A DNA stretch of 64,000 nucleotides from Betaproteobacteria bacterium (GTDB lineage: Bacteria > Pseudomonadota > Gammaproteobacteria > Burkholderiales > SG8-39), in NCBI GenBank assembly GCA_947474715.1, contig CANJJT010000004.1:33353-97352 (forward strand), in the 5' to 3' direction. Positions 42,160 through 53,119 of this stretch are shown here, piece after piece (position 1 is the first letter of the stretch; each line of letters opens with the position of its first letter). Made by a program: the position numbers and the translations under genes. The notes under the pieces are model-generated. The model saw nothing but the letters and a program-made list of their open reading frames with translations. It ran no database searches and was not told where the DNA came from.

Positions 42160-43208
42160 GTGGATTGGCTTCCTGCATCGGAGCTTTGCGCGTGCCGTTG
42201 CAGCGGTTTTGCACGGCGCCAGAAGCGCTGCAGATCGATGCGTGTCGCTTCCACGGTGCTGCCCCAGCCGGGCGCGCAGGCATGCAGGCTCAGCATGCCC
42301 AGTTTGCCGGCGCGCAATGCGGCCAGCAGGGGCACGAACCACGCCCGTTCGAGCCGGCCGGCTTCCTGCGACCACGCTGGGGCATCCGCGTAGGCCGCCA
42401 GGGGGCGCAGTGCATCGAGCACGATGAGCACCCGGCCGCTGAGTGGCAATGCCTGGTGATCCAGCCAGTTCGAGGCATCGGAGGGCAGCCCCGCAGCCCT
42501 GGCGTTGGTGGAAGCCGCGAGTCCGCGCGCCAGGGGATCATCGGCCAGCACCAGGTCAAAGGGCATGCCTTCGGGCGTCTGGTGGGTGCCGGGGCCCCAG
42601 AACCACAGGCTGTTGACTGGCAACTTCCCCAGGGATTCACGGGCTTCGTTGACCGGATGCTCGTGGAGCGCCATCTGAACTTCATTCATCAGGGCCCGCC
42701 AGTGTGACGAGTCTTCGCCTTCGGGCATGCAGTCCTGGATCGAGCCGCCGCGCACTTCGGGCAGCGCATGCGTTTGCAGCGCGGGCGGGCTGCCCGTTCT
42801 CACGTACCAGCGATGCGGGTCGGCGGCGACCAGGGGCATCCTGTCGCCGAAATGGGCATTCAGATGTCCTGCAAGTGCCTCGGCTTCTGCCGGGTCCAGC
42901 GCACACAGGCTGCTGTCGGCCAGCATCATGGAGTCCATGCCGACCTTGAGGTGAACCGGGTCGGCGCGTAGCCAGGCATCGGGGCCTGGGGGCAAACCCT
43001 CCCCCAGCAGACTGAAGGTCGCCAAGCCTGCGTCGCCCGGTGAGTCCAGGCCATAACGGGTCTTCAACCAGCTTTCCATGGAAACGTCTGCCCGGTTGCG
43101 CCGACCACGCGCAAACAGCAGTTCGGCGCCGGGCAGGCGCAGTTCACCGGGCGGTGTGCTGGAAGTGAGCGGGCCCAGCAGATCCGGGACAAGCAGGTGA
43201 ACGTGCAT
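42156..43208 (-). CDS. Conserved phosphoglycerate-mutase-like / RpfE-type protein upstream of recJ
   Basis: LRADPVHL, NEVQMALHEHPVN and PVNSLWFWG motifs. ATGA overlap with recJ. Confidence 0.75.
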   Translation of the reverse strand: MHVHLLVPDLLGPLTSSTPPGELRLPGAELLFARGRRNRADVSMESWLKTRYGLDSPGDAGLATFSLLGEGLPPGPDAWLRADPVHLKVGMDSMMLADSSLCALDPAEAEALAGHLNAHFGDRMPLVAADPHRWYVRTGSPPALQTHALPEVRGGSIQDCMPEGEDSSHWRALMNEVQMALHEHPVNEARESLGKLPVNSLWFWGPGTHQTPEGMPFDLVLADDPLARGLAASTNARAAGLPSDASNWLDHQALPLSGRVLIVLDALRPLAAYADAPAWSQEAGRLERAWFVPLLAALRAGKLGMLSLHACAPGWGSTVEATRIDLQRFWRRAKPLQRHAQSSDAGSQST

Positions 43209-43269
43209 AGGGGGCGCAGTCTAGCAGGCAGACAGCCTGCCGGCGGCCTATCTGCCGAACCGCGGGATT

Positions 43270-44193
43270 TCAGGGAAACAAGGTCTTCAGGGACTGGCGC
43301 AACACCTCTGCCGAATGCGCCAGCCCGGCGGATTCGGTGGCATCCATGGGCGGCTGAAGCACCTGCTGTGCACCGTCCGCGCCGACGATGCAGGGCAGCG
43401 ACAGCGCAATGTCCTGCAGGGAGGGATCGCCGAACTGGACTCTCGACACGGTCAGTATGCGCCGTTCATCCCTCAGCACCGACTGCAGCAGTGTGGCCGT
43501 CACCAGGCCGATGGCATGGTTGGTGGCGCCCTTGCGTCGGATGATCTCGTAGGCCGCCCGGCGAACCTGGTCGGCCACCCGGGTCTCTACGGACCGGTCC
43601 CACCCGGGCCACTGGCGCAAGGGGAGGCCGCCGGCCTGCGCCGAGGACCACAGCGTAACCTCGGAGTCCCCATGTTCGCCCACCACCTGCGCATGGATGG
43701 ATATCGGGTTCAGTTGCAGGTGGGCGCCCAGCACCTGGCGCAGCCGCGCCGTGTCCAGCATGGTTCCGGTGCCTATCACCCGCTCCGGTGGCAGACCCGA
43801 GTAGCGGGTAAAGGCACAGGTCAGGACATCCACCGGGTTGGTGACCATGATGACGATGCCGGCGTAGCCCCGCAGTGCCCCGGCCAGTTCCCGGGCGAGT
43901 GCGGCATTGTCACGCAGCAGTTCCAGGCGTGACTGGCCGGGGCCGCCATTGCGGCCGGCGGCAATGACGATGGCGTCGGTGTCCAGCATGTCCTCTACTC
44001 GTGCATTGCGCACGCTGGCGGCCGGATAGAAGGGCGAGCCGTGCTGCAAGTCCATGGCTTCGCCCTCGGCCAGCTCGGTCTTGTGATCTGCCAGCAGCAA
44101 TTCATTGGTGATGCCCTTGTGCAGACAGGAGATGGCGACACTGGAACCCACCCAGCCCGTGCCGATGATGCCGATGGACGTATGACGGGACAT
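43270..44193 (-). CDS. ldh: L-lactate dehydrogenase
   Basis: GTGWVG, GEAMDL, TNPVD, GTMLDTAR, GEHGDS and KGAT motifs. Confidence 0.92.
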   Translation of the reverse strand: MSRHTSIGIIGTGWVGSSVAISCLHKGITNELLLADHKTELAEGEAMDLQHGSPFYPAASVRNARVEDMLDTDAIVIAAGRNGGPGQSRLELLRDNAALARELAGALRGYAGIVIMVTNPVDVLTCAFTRYSGLPPERVIGTGTMLDTARLRQVLGAHLQLNPISIHAQVVGEHGDSEVTLWSSAQAGGLPLRQWPGWDRSVETRVADQVRRAAYEIIRRKGATNHAIGLVTATLLQSVLRDERRILTVSRVQFGDPSLQDIALSLPCIVGADGAQQVLQPPMDATESAGLAHSAEVLRQSLKTLFP

Positions 44194-44253
44194 GTCGGTA
44201 ACTCCTTGGGTGAATGAAAAAAAGTGCGGCCGGGGTGACCCCGGGACCCGCGC

Positions 44254-44267
44254 TTGATGCAGATCAA
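44254..44267. promoter_or_regulatory. FNR box (consensus)
   Basis: TTGAT-GCAG-ATCAA between the divergent ldh and ccoI genes. Confidence 0.9.
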
Positions 44268-44337
44268 CAAGCGCAGGCCGCGAGTTGAAACAATGGTTTG
44301 CATTCCCGGAGCCCGATCAAAAGCACCGCAACAAACA

Positions 44338-46863
44338 ATGCACCAAAGCGCAGACACTCCGCAAGCTGATCCGCAGCCAGCCATGGAATCCTGTTTCCAT
44401 TGCGGCCTGCCTGTCGCCGCTGCGGATAAAGGGCGCTATACGGCCTGCATAGACGGAAGCCCGCGACTGATGTGCTGCCCCGGTTGTGCCCTGGTGGCCG
44501 AAACCATAGCCGGGCGGGGCCTGTCGGCCTATTACCAGTGGCGTGAGACCGCTGCGCCAGCCTTGCCGTCTGGTGGCGCAGCCATCGAGGATCTGTCCAT
44601 CTACGATGACCCCCTGATGCAGTCGCGCTTCGTGCGCGAACTGGCTGACGGTAATCGTGAAGCCACACTGCTGCTGGAGGACATACGCTGCTCTGCCTGC
44701 GCCTGGCTGATCGAGCAGACCCTCAACGGCATTGCCGGGCTGGTACGGGTATCGGTCAACTACGCAGACCATCGTGCCACGGTGGCATGGAGCCCCGACG
44801 TGGTCAGGTTGAGCGCCGTGCTCCGCGCGGTGCGCCAGGTCGGCTACCGTGTCTCGCCCTTCGATGCCGGTCGCCAGGCCCAGGCTCAGGATGAGGCGCG
44901 CCGCGCCTCACTGTGGCGCCTGTTCGTCGCCGGCTTCGGAATGATGCAGGTCATGATGTACGCGATCCCGACCTACATCGCCGACGAGGGCACGATGACG
45001 GCCGACGTCGAGCAGCTGATGCGCTGGGCCGGGCTCATCCTGACCTTGCCGGTGCTGCTGTATTCCGCAGCGCCTTTCTTCAAGGGGGCCTGGGCCGACC
45101 TGCGCCGTCGCCGCGCCGGAATGGATGTTCCGGTGGCTCTGGGTGTCGCGGTGGCTTTCTTCGCCAGCACCTGGTCGACCCTGGTCGGTGGTGGTTCGGT
45201 GTATTTCGATTCCGTTTCCATGTTCATGTTCCTGCTCCTGGGCGGGCGCCACCTGGAGCTGCTGGCACGCCAGCGTGCGGCGCGGCCCTTGCAGCACCTT
45301 GCGCGGGTGATGCCCGAAGTGGCGCACCGGGTGCGCGACCTGGAGAGCCTGAAAACCGAATCGGTGGCCGTGGCACGGCTGCAACCGGGCGAACTGGTCC
45401 TGGTCCGCCCCGGGGAAACCATTCCGGCCGATGGCAGCGGCCTGAGCGCCGCCCAGGTCAGTGAAGCGGTGATCACCGGAGAAAGCCGGCCGGTGCACAA
45501 ACAGGCCGGCGGCCGGCTGATTGCCGGTGCCGTCAATCTGGGCAGTGCCTTCGTCATGCGTGTCACCGGGGTTGGCGCCGAGACGGTGCTGTCCTCCATT
45601 GTGGCCCTGGTGGACCGGGCGGTGGCCGAGCGTCCGCCGCTCGCCGAACTGGCGCAGCGTGCCGCGGGCGTGTTTGTGGCCGGGGTGCTGGTGACGGCGG
45701 TGTTGGCTGCGCTGGTCTGGTTGAGGATCGATCCGGATCGCGCCCTCTGGATTGCCGTCTCCCTGCTCATCATCACCTGTCCCTGTGCGCTGTCGCTGGC
45801 CACCCCTGCGGCATTGAGCGTCGCCACCGGGGAGCTGGCGGCCAGCGGAGTGATTGCGGCGCGGGGACATACCATCGAGTCGCTCGGGGCAGCCACCGAT
45901 TTCATCCTGGACAAGACCGGCACACTGACGTTCGGGCGCATGCAATTGCTGGAGATACTCACGTTCGGCCCGTGGGGCGCCGCCGATTGCACCCGCATCG
46001 CTGCCGCCCTCGAGCGCAGCTCCGAACACCCCCTGGCAAGCGCCTTCTGTTCAGTGGCAACGGCGCAGGCTGCAACGGGCAAGTCGGGCAACAGCGGCGA
46101 AACTGCCGCCGGCCTCGGCGTGAGTGCCATCCGCAACGAGCCGGGGCAGGGCATCCAGGCCCTGATCGATGGGCGCACTCATCGCATCGGGCGGGCCGCC
46201 TATGTTTCAGGATTGCATGGCAGGCCGGCGCCCGTGGCCTGGCTGCACAGCCAGCATACCGTGGTCTGGCTGGGGGACGAGCAGGGCTGGCTGGCGGCGT
46301 TCCGCCTGGGTGATGGGTTGCGCGAGGGCGCCCAGGCCCTGGTCGCCGATCTGGGCAGGCTCGGCCGCAAGGTCCATCTGCTCTCCGGGGACGATGCGGG
46401 TGCAGTGGAAGACGTGGCGCGCCAGCTTGGCATTGTCCATGTCAAGGGTGGCGTGGATCCCGCGGGCAAGCTCGCCTATGTGCGCCATCTGCAAAAGGGC
46501 GGTGCCCGGGTGGCCATGGTGGGCGACGGCATCAACGATGCCCCGGTGCTGGCGCAGGCCGATGTATCGGTGGCCATGGGTGGTGGCTGCAACCTCGCAC
46601 AGTTGCAGTCCGATGCCGTGCTGCTGTCGGAATCACTGCTGCCCCTGGCCAGGGCGGTGCGACTGGCGCTGCGCACCCGGCGCGTGCTGCGGCAGAACCT
46701 GGCCTGGGCCCTGGCCTACAACCTGGTGGCAGTCCCGCTCGCATTTGCCGGCCTGGTGACGCCGCTGGTGGCCGGCATCGGCATGTCGGCCAGTTCGCTC
46801 ATCGTGGTGCTCAATGCCCAGCGCCTGCGGCTGCAACAGCCGTCCCTGGAAGGGAAGGTCTGA
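44338..46863 (+). CDS. ccoI: Cu-type P1B ATPase for cbb3 assembly (start approximate)
   Basis: CFHC/CCPGC N-terminus, TGES, CPCAL, DKTGT and GDGINDAP motifs. Confidence 0.93.
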   Translation: MHQSADTPQADPQPAMESCFHCGLPVAAADKGRYTACIDGSPRLMCCPGCALVAETIAGRGLSAYYQWRETAAPALPSGGAAIEDLSIYDDPLMQSRFVRELADGNREATLLLEDIRCSACAWLIEQTLNGIAGLVRVSVNYADHRATVAWSPDVVRLSAVLRAVRQVGYRVSPFDAGRQAQAQDEARRASLWRLFVAGFGMMQVMMYAIPTYIADEGTMTADVEQLMRWAGLILTLPVLLYSAAPFFKGAWADLRRRRAGMDVPVALGVAVAFFASTWSTLVGGGSVYFDSVSMFMFLLLGGRHLELLARQRAARPLQHLARVMPEVAHRVRDLESLKTESVAVARLQPGELVLVRPGETIPADGSGLSAAQVSEAVITGESRPVHKQAGGRLIAGAVNLGSAFVMRVTGVGAETVLSSIVALVDRAVAERPPLAELAQRAAGVFVAGVLVTAVLAALVWLRIDPDRALWIAVSLLIITCPCALSLATPAALSVATGELAASGVIAARGHTIESLGAATDFILDKTGTLTFGRMQLLEILTFGPWGAADCTRIAAALERSSEHPLASAFCSVATAQAATGKSGNSGETAAGLGVSAIRNEPGQGIQALIDGRTHRIGRAAYVSGLHGRPAPVAWLHSQHTVVWLGDEQGWLAAFRLGDGLREGAQALVADLGRLGRKVHLLSGDDAGAVEDVARQLGIVHVKGGVDPAGKLAYVRHLQKGGARVAMVGDGINDAPVLAQADVSVAMGGGCNLAQLQSDAVLLSESLLPLARAVRLALRTRRVLRQNLAWALAYNLVAVPLAFAGLVTPLVAGIGMSASSLIVVLNAQRLRLQQPSLEGKV

Positions 46864-46866
46864 CTC

Positions 46867-47046
46867 ATGGATGTCCTGTTCCTGCTCATCCCGCTCAGCG
46901 TGCTGCTGGTGCTGGTCATCGGGGTGATTTTCTGGATGGCCCTGCGCGGAGGGCAGTTCGACGACCTGGAAGGACCCGGCCTGAAGGTGCTGATGGACGA
47001 TGACACGCCTGCGTCTGCAGCCCCGCCTGACAAGCAAGCGGTTTGA
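46867..47046 (+). CDS. ccoS: cbb3 oxidase maturation protein (59 aa; absent from the ORF track)
   Basis: Manual translation MDVLFLLIPLSVLLVLVIGVIFWMALRGGQFDDLEGPG... carries the GQFDDLE signature. Confidence 0.92.
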   Translation: MDVLFLLIPLSVLLVLVIGVIFWMALRGGQFDDLEGPGLKVLMDDDTPASAAPPDKQAV

Positions 47047-47056
47047 CCTTGATCAA
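47043..47056. promoter_or_regulatory. FNR box
   Basis: TTGAC-CTTG-ATCAA overlaps the ccoS stop codon, upstream of ompW-ccoN. Confidence 0.8.
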
Positions 47057-47125
47057 ACGGGGGGGAGACGTCCCGCCGGATACTTCAGACACCAAGATTT
47101 TTTCCATAAGAGAGAGATACCCGTC

Positions 47126-47764
47126 ATGCCAACATTCAACACCAAACTCATCGTGGCAGCAGTCGCACTGGCAGCCAGCGCCGGCGCTTTCGCCCAGCAG
47201 AAGGAGGGCCCATGGATGGTGCGCGTGCGCGCAGTGCATCTGGGCATGGACAACAGCAGCAGCGCCGGTGTGGGCGCGCTGACCGGCGTCCTGCCGGCCA
47301 ATACCATCACCGCCAGCGACAAGACCATCCCGGAAGTGGACATCAGCTACTTCTTCACCAAGAACATCGCCGCAGAACTGATCCTGACCTATCCGCAAAA
47401 GCACAATGTCCACGTGAACGCGCTGGGCCTGAACAATGTCGGGTCCTTCAAGCACCTGCCCCCCACGCTGACCATTCAATACCACTTCAATCCTGAAGGC
47501 ACCGTCCGTCCCTATGTCGGCGCCGGTATCAACTACACCAAGATCAGCAGCGTCCAGCTGAGCACCGGCCTGGGCCTGGAGAACGACAGCACCGGCGGCG
47601 CCCTGCAGGCCGGCCTCGACTACAAGCTGTCCAACAACCTGTTCCTCAACCTGGACATCAAGAAGATCTACCTCCAGACCGACGTGTTCCTCAACGGCGG
47701 CAAGGTCAGCACGCTCAAGCTTGATCCCCTGGCCATTGGTGTGGGCCTGGGCTGGAAGTTCTGA
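47126..47764 (+). CDS. ompW: OmpW-family outer membrane protein
   Basis: PEVDISYFFT, HLPPTLTIQYHF and RPYVGAGINYT motifs, with a terminal aromatic residue. Confidence 0.92.
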   Translation: MPTFNTKLIVAAVALAASAGAFAQQKEGPWMVRVRAVHLGMDNSSSAGVGALTGVLPANTITASDKTIPEVDISYFFTKNIAAELILTYPQKHNVHVNALGLNNVGSFKHLPPTLTIQYHFNPEGTVRPYVGAGINYTKISSVQLSTGLGLENDSTGGALQAGLDYKLSNNLFLNLDIKKIYLQTDVFLNGGKVSTLKLDPLAIGVGLGWKF

Positions 47765-47904
47765 GTAGCCGGACTGTTTCCCCGGAGCAGACGGTAATCC
47801 ATGCCAGCGCACCCGCCGCTTTCCAGGCTGCCACAAGCGGCCCCGGAGGCGGCGTTTGCGTTTGCGGGTTGAGTGAGCCAGCAAGAGCAAGCTAAGGAAT
47901 AACC

Positions 47905-49332
47905 ATGAATCGTGAAGAGAGCTACAACTACGGCGTCATCCGCCAGTTTTCGGTGATGACCGTCGTATGGGGCATCGTCGGCATGCTGGTCGGCGTCATC
48001 ATCGCCGCGCAGCTGATCTGGCCTGACTTGACCTTTGGCATGCCCTGGCTGAGCTACGGGCGACTGCGACCCCTGCATACCAATGCGGTGATCTTCGCTT
48101 TTGGCGGCAGCGCGCTGTTTGCAACCTCCTACTACATCGTTCAGCGCACCTGCCATGCGAGGCTGTTTGCCCCGGCCCTGGCATCCTTCACGTTCTGGGG
48201 GTGGCAGGCCATTATCGTTGCTGCCGCCATCACGCTGCCGCTGGGCATTACCTCCGGCAAGGAATACGCAGAACTGGAGTGGCCCATCGACATCCTGATC
48301 ACGCTGGTGTGGGTGTCCTACGCCATCGTGTTCTTCGGCACGCTGGTCAAGCGGAAGACATCCCACATCTACGTGGCCAACTGGTTCCTCGGCGCCTTCA
48401 TCCTCACGGTGGCCATCCTGCACCTGGTGAACAGCGCAGCGCTGCCGGTCGGGCTGTGGAAGTCCTACTCGGCCTATGCCGGAGTCCAGGACGCCATGAT
48501 CCAGTGGTGGTACGGGCACAACGCGGTGGGCTTCTTCCTGACCGCCGGCTTCCTCGGCATGATGTATTACTTCATCCCCAAGCAGGCCGGTCGCCCGGTC
48601 TACTCCTACCGCCTGTCGGTGGTGCACTTCTGGGCCCTGATCTTCACCTACATGTGGGCCGGCCCCCACCACCTGCACTACACGGCGTTGCCTGACTGGG
48701 CCCAGTCCATCGGCATGCTGTTCTCGCTGATCCTGCTGGCGCCTTCGTGGGGCGGCATGATCAACGGCATGATGACCCTGTCGGGGGCCTGGCACAAACT
48801 GCGCACCGATCCCATCCTGAAGTTCCTCATCGTCTCGCTGTCTTTCTACGGCATGTCGACCTTCGAGGGCCCGATGATGTCGATCAAGACGGTGAATGCG
48901 CTGTCGCATTACACGGACTGGACCATCGGCCATGTGCACTCCGGTGCCCTGGGCTGGGTCGGCCTGGTGAGCATGGGCAGCATGTACTACCTGATCCCGC
49001 GCCTGTTCGGACGCATCGAGATGTACAGCGTCAAGCTGATCACCACGCACTTCTGGGTGGCGACCATCGGCATCGTGCTCTACATCGCCGCGATGTGGAT
49101 CGCCGGGGTGATGCAGGGCCTGATGTGGCGCGCCGTCAGCGAGGATGGCACGCTGACCTACACTTTCGTCGAGAGCGTCAAGGCCACCTATCCGTTCTAT
49201 GTGATCCGGCTGCTGGGCGGCGTCCTGTACTTCTCCGGCATGCTCATCATGGGCTACAACGTCTGGAAGACCATTGCGTCTGGTCGCTCGGTGGATGCCG
49301 TGATTCCGATGCCTGCTGCGGCACACGCCTGA
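47905..49332 (+). CDS. ccoN: cbb3-type cytochrome c oxidase subunit I
   Basis: [22 protein letters not shown] and GHVHSG motifs. Confidence 0.98.
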   Translation: MNREESYNYGVIRQFSVMTVVWGIVGMLVGVIIAAQLIWPDLTFGMPWLSYGRLRPLHTNAVIFAFGGSALFATSYYIVQRTCHARLFAPALASFTFWGWQAIIVAAAITLPLGITSGKEYAELEWPIDILITLVWVSYAIVFFGTLVKRKTSHIYVANWFLGAFILTVAILHLVNSAALPVGLWKSYSAYAGVQDAMIQWWYGHNAVGFFLTAGFLGMMYYFIPKQAGRPVYSYRLSVVHFWALIFTYMWAGPHHLHYTALPDWAQSIGMLFSLILLAPSWGGMINGMMTLSGAWHKLRTDPILKFLIVSLSFYGMSTFEGPMMSIKTVNALSHYTDWTIGHVHSGALGWVGLVSMGSMYYLIPRLFGRIEMYSVKLITTHFWVATIGIVLYIAAMWIAGVMQGLMWRAVSEDGTLTYTFVESVKATYPFYVIRLLGGVLYFSGMLIMGYNVWKTIASGRSVDAVIPMPAAAHA

Positions 49333-49342
49333 AGGGGAAAAC

Positions 49343-49957
49343 ATGAAATTCACACATGACATGATCGAGAAGAACAGCGCGCTGCTCATCGTGCTGATCA
49401 TCCTGGTGGTCGCCGTCGGTGGTCTGGTCGAGATCGTTCCGCTGTACTTCCAGCGCTCCACCACCGAACCGGTGCAGGGCCTCAAGCCATACACCCCGGT
49501 GGAACTGGTCGGGCGCAACATCTACGTCCGTGAAGGCTGCTACAACTGCCACTCGCAGATGATCCGGCCGTTCCGGGCCGAGACCGAGCGCTATGGCCAC
49601 TATTCAGTGGCGGGCGAGTTCGTCTACGACCGGCCCTTCCAGTGGGGCAGCAAGCGCACCGGGCCGGATCTGGCGCGCGTTGGCGGCCGCTACAGCGATG
49701 ACTGGCATCGCATCCACCTCAACAACCCGCGCGAACTGGTACCGGAATCCAACATGCCTGCCTACCCCTGGCTTGCCAAGTCGCCTGCGGCTGGCGGCGA
49801 CATCGAGGATCACCTGAAGGCGTTGCGTACCCTGGGCCACCCCTACAGCGATGCCGATATCGCCGGCGCCAAGAAACAGCTCGAGGGCAAGACGGAGCAG
49901 GATGCGCTCATTGCCTACCTGCAGGTCCTCGGCACGTCAATCAAGACCAAGAGGTAA
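49343..49957 (+). CDS. ccoO: cbb3 oxidase subunit II
   Basis: [13 protein letters not shown] and [10 protein letters not shown] motifs. Confidence 0.98.
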   Translation: MKFTHDMIEKNSALLIVLIILVVAVGGLVEIVPLYFQRSTTEPVQGLKPYTPVELVGRNIYVREGCYNCHSQMIRPFRAETERYGHYSVAGEFVYDRPFQWGSKRTGPDLARVGGRYSDDWHRIHLNNPRELVPESNMPAYPWLAKSPAAGGDIEDHLKALRTLGHPYSDADIAGAKKQLEGKTEQDALIAYLQVLGTSIKTKR

Positions 49958-49961
49958 GAAC

Positions 49962-50126
49962 ATGGACATCAATACTGTGCGCGAAGTCGTCACCGTGGTG
50001 AGCTTTGCGACGTTCGTGGGAATCGTCATCTGGGCCTGGAGCAGTTCCAACCAGAAGCGTTTCGAGGAGGCTGCACAACTGCCCTTCGATGAAGAGGACC
50101 GGATTGGCGAAAGGGGGCGGCAATGA
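49962..50126 (+). CDS. ccoQ: cbb3 oxidase subunit CcoQ
   Basis: MDINTVRE...FEEAAQLPF, positioned between ccoO and ccoP. Confidence 0.92.
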   Translation: MDINTVREVVTVVSFATFVGIVIWAWSSSNQKRFEEAAQLPFDEEDRIGERGRQ

Positions 50127-51064
50127 GCGAATTCACTTCAGGCTTCTGGGACTATTACATCGGCGTGCTGACCGTGGTCAGCATGCTGGCCTGCGCGGTG
50201 CTGCTGAAAATGCAGAGCAGCCGCAAGGTGGCGAGCGATCCGGACAAGACTCCGCACGTCTGGGATGAGGACCTTCAGGAATTCAACAATCCGCTGCCGG
50301 CCTGGTGGATCATGATGTTCTACCTGACCATCGTGTTCAGCCTGGTCTATCTGGTCTTTTACCCGGGCCTGGGCAGCTGGAAGGGCCAGTTGAACTGGAG
50401 TTCTTCAGGCCAGTACACCGAAGAGGTGAAGAAGGCCGAAGCCGAGGTGGCGCCACTGTATGAGAAGTTCGCCAAGCTCGACCTGGCGCAGCTGGCTGCC
50501 GATCCGCAGGCCAAGGCGCTGGGACAGAGGCTGTTCCTCAATTACTGCGCCCAGTGCCATTCCTCGGATGGTGGCGGCAGCAAGGGCTTTCCCAACCTGA
50601 CCGACAAGGACTGGCTGTACGGTGGTGATGAGGCTGCCATCAAGGCCACGATATTGAACGGTCGCAACGGCATCATGCCGCCCTTCGGTCCCGCGCTGGG
50701 TGCGGAAGGCGCCAAGGACGTCGCCAATTACGTGCGTTCCTTGTCCGGTCTGGCCGCAGATACCCTGCGCGTGACACGTGGCAAGGACGTTTTTACCGCC
50801 AACTGCGTCGCCTGCCACGGTGCCGACGGCAAGGGCAACCAGCAGCTTGGGGCGCCCAATCTCACCGACCAGACCTGGCTGTACGGTTCGCTCGAGCCGG
50901 TCATCATCGAAACCGTGGTCAAGGGGCGCAACAATGCCATGCCGGCCCACAAGGACTTCCTCGGCGAGGCACGCGTGCATGTGCTCGCCGGATATGTGCA
51001 CGGACTCTCCAATACCGGTGGCGCCGCACCGCCCAGGCCCGGTGGGCAGGCCGCTGCTAAATGA
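50123..51064 (+). CDS. ccoP: cbb3 oxidase subunit III (diheme)
   Basis: HVWD, NNPLPAWW, CAQCH and CVACH motifs. Confidence 0.97.
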   Translation: MSEFTSGFWDYYIGVLTVVSMLACAVLLKMQSSRKVASDPDKTPHVWDEDLQEFNNPLPAWWIMMFYLTIVFSLVYLVFYPGLGSWKGQLNWSSSGQYTEEVKKAEAEVAPLYEKFAKLDLAQLAADPQAKALGQRLFLNYCAQCHSSDGGGSKGFPNLTDKDWLYGGDEAAIKATILNGRNGIMPPFGPALGAEGAKDVANYVRSLSGLAADTLRVTRGKDVFTANCVACHGADGKGNQQLGAPNLTDQTWLYGSLEPVIIETVVKGRNNAMPAHKDFLGEARVHVLAGYVHGLSNTGGAAPPRPGGQAAAK

Positions 51065-52575
51065 GTGGAGGAGTCAAGCCAGTTCACTTCGATCGCAATG
51101 CGGTTCCAGGAGGGAAGGGCGGAGAAGTAGAGGAATCACTGTACGAGGTCCGGCGCAAGATCTATTCGCGCGCCGTGACCGGCTGGTTCGCGGGATGGCG
51201 CATGAGCCTGGTCATCCTGACGCAGCTGGCGTTCTATGGCACCGCCTGGCTCCAGTGGAACGGACGCCAGGCGGTTCTTTTTGACCTGGTCGGCCGCAAG
51301 TTCTACATCTTCGGGCTGGTCCTTTGGCCCCAGGACTTCATCTACCTGACCGCGCTGCTGGTGATGTCGGCGCTGTCGCTGTTCCTCTTCACCGCGATCG
51401 CCGGACGCCTGTGGTGCGGCTATGCCTGTCCGCAGACCGTCTACACCGAACTGTTCATGTGGATAGAGCGCAAGGTCGAAGGCGATCGCCAGGCGCGCAT
51501 GCGCCTTGACCAGGCGGCAGCCAGCCCCCGCAAGGTCATGCTCAAGGCGACCAAGCATGCGCTGTGGGTGGCACTGGCACTATGGACCGGATTCACCTTC
51601 GTCGGCTACTTCAGTCCCATCCGCGAACTGGCCGGCGGGATCGCCCGCTTCGGACTGGGCCCCTGGGAAACCTTCTGGCTGTTGTTCTATTCATTCGCTA
51701 CCTATGGCAACGCCGGCTGGATGCGCGAGCAGGTGTGCAAGTACATGTGCCCCTATGCGCGCTTCCAGAGCGCCATGTTCGACCCCGATACCATGATCAT
51801 CACCTACGACGCGCAGCGCGGCGAGCAGCGGGGCAGCCGCAGCCGCAGCGCCGATGCGCACTCGCTTGGTCTGGGCGACTGTGTCGACTGCGGCATCTGC
51901 GTGCAGGTCTGCCCCACCGGCATCGACATCCGCAACGGGCTGCAATATGAATGCATAGGCTGCGCCGCCTGCATCGATGCCTGCGACCAGGTGATGACGA
52001 AGATGAAGTACCCCACTGGCCTGATCCGCTATTCCACGGAGAATGCCATCAAGAACCGCTGGGATGGCGCGCGGATCCTGCGCCGCATGTTTCGCCCGCG
52101 GGTGCTGGTCTATACCTCGATACTCGTCCTGGTGGTGGTCGCCACCACGGCTGCGCTGATGATGCGGGTGCCGCTCAAGGTTGATGTGATTCGTGACCGC
52201 GCCAGCCTGGCGCGTGACATCGGCGAAGGTCGTATCGAGAACATCTACCGGCTGCAGATCATGAACACCACGGAACACCCCATGCGGGTGGAGGTTTCGG
52301 TGTCCGGTCATGAAGCGCTTCGCGACCTCAAGGTCAGGTCGGAGAGGGAATCGTTCGAAGGGGAGCGCGACAGTCATGGGCGCTCCGGTGTGCAGACCCT
52401 GACGGTGCCGCCCGTCTCGACCACCATGGTGCCGGTGCGGCTCAGGGCGGAGCCCGGGCAGGATGCCGGGCGCAGCCAGCACATCCACTTCCTGGTACGG
52501 GGTACGCCCGATGACGGCGCCGGGAACACCTTCGAGTCCCGGGAGCAATCCAGCTTCCTGATTCCATCCCGATGA
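51061..52575 (+). CDS. ccoG: cbb3 accessory ferredoxin-type membrane protein
   Basis: GRLWCGYACPQT, CKYMCPY and two 4Fe-4S motifs. Confidence 0.96.
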   Translation: MSGGVKPVHFDRNAVPGGKGGEVEESLYEVRRKIYSRAVTGWFAGWRMSLVILTQLAFYGTAWLQWNGRQAVLFDLVGRKFYIFGLVLWPQDFIYLTALLVMSALSLFLFTAIAGRLWCGYACPQTVYTELFMWIERKVEGDRQARMRLDQAAASPRKVMLKATKHALWVALALWTGFTFVGYFSPIRELAGGIARFGLGPWETFWLLFYSFATYGNAGWMREQVCKYMCPYARFQSAMFDPDTMIITYDAQRGEQRGSRSRSADAHSLGLGDCVDCGICVQVCPTGIDIRNGLQYECIGCAACIDACDQVMTKMKYPTGLIRYSTENAIKNRWDGARILRRMFRPRVLVYTSILVLVVVATTAALMMRVPLKVDVIRDRASLARDIGEGRIENIYRLQIMNTTEHPMRVEVSVSGHEALRDLKVRSERESFEGERDSHGRSGVQTLTVPPVSTTMVPVRLRAEPGQDAGRSQHIHFLVRGTPDDGAGNTFESREQSSFLIPSR

Positions 52576-52612
52576 ATCCATGCGACACAACCATGCACAA
52601 AAGGAGCAGGCC

Positions 52613-53119
52613 ATGAACTCTGCAAGCGCAACGCCCTGGTATCGCCATCGCTGGCCCTGGTTGCTGATGCTGGGCCCCGCGGTGGTGGTGGTGGCCGGCA
52701 TCTACACCACCGTACTGGCATTCAGCAGCAATGACGGGCTGGTATCCGATGATTACTACAAGGAAGGCCTCGCCATCAACCGCACGCTCAAGCGCGACCA
52801 GCAGGCTGTGGCCCTGGGCATCAGCGCCAATGTGCAGTTCTCGCCTTCGCGCGACGCGGTATGGGTCCTCCTGGCAGGTTCCGGAGACCAACCGGCGCAA
52901 CTGCGGCTGGTGATGGCGCACCCGACCCGCGCCGGACTGGACCGCACCGTGTTGCTATCGCGCACCGGACCGGGCACCTACGAGGCCAGGGTCGACATCG
53001 CACGCGGCCCTTATCTGCTGCAACTGGAGGAGCCAGGCGGTCCGTGGCGCGTCACTGGCGAATGGCATGAGCCCATGGCCTCGGTCACGCTCAGGCCCAG
53101 GGAAGAGGGGCGCACATGA
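52613..53119 (+). CDS. ccoH: FixH/CcoH-family protein
   Basis: PWYRHRWPW, LVSDDYYKEGLAIN and HPT motifs. Confidence 0.88.
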   Translation: MNSASATPWYRHRWPWLLMLGPAVVVVAGIYTTVLAFSSNDGLVSDDYYKEGLAINRTLKRDQQAVALGISANVQFSPSRDAVWVLLAGSGDQPAQLRLVMAHPTRAGLDRTVLLSRTGPGTYEARVDIARGPYLLQLEEPGGPWRVTGEWHEPMASVTLRPREEGRT

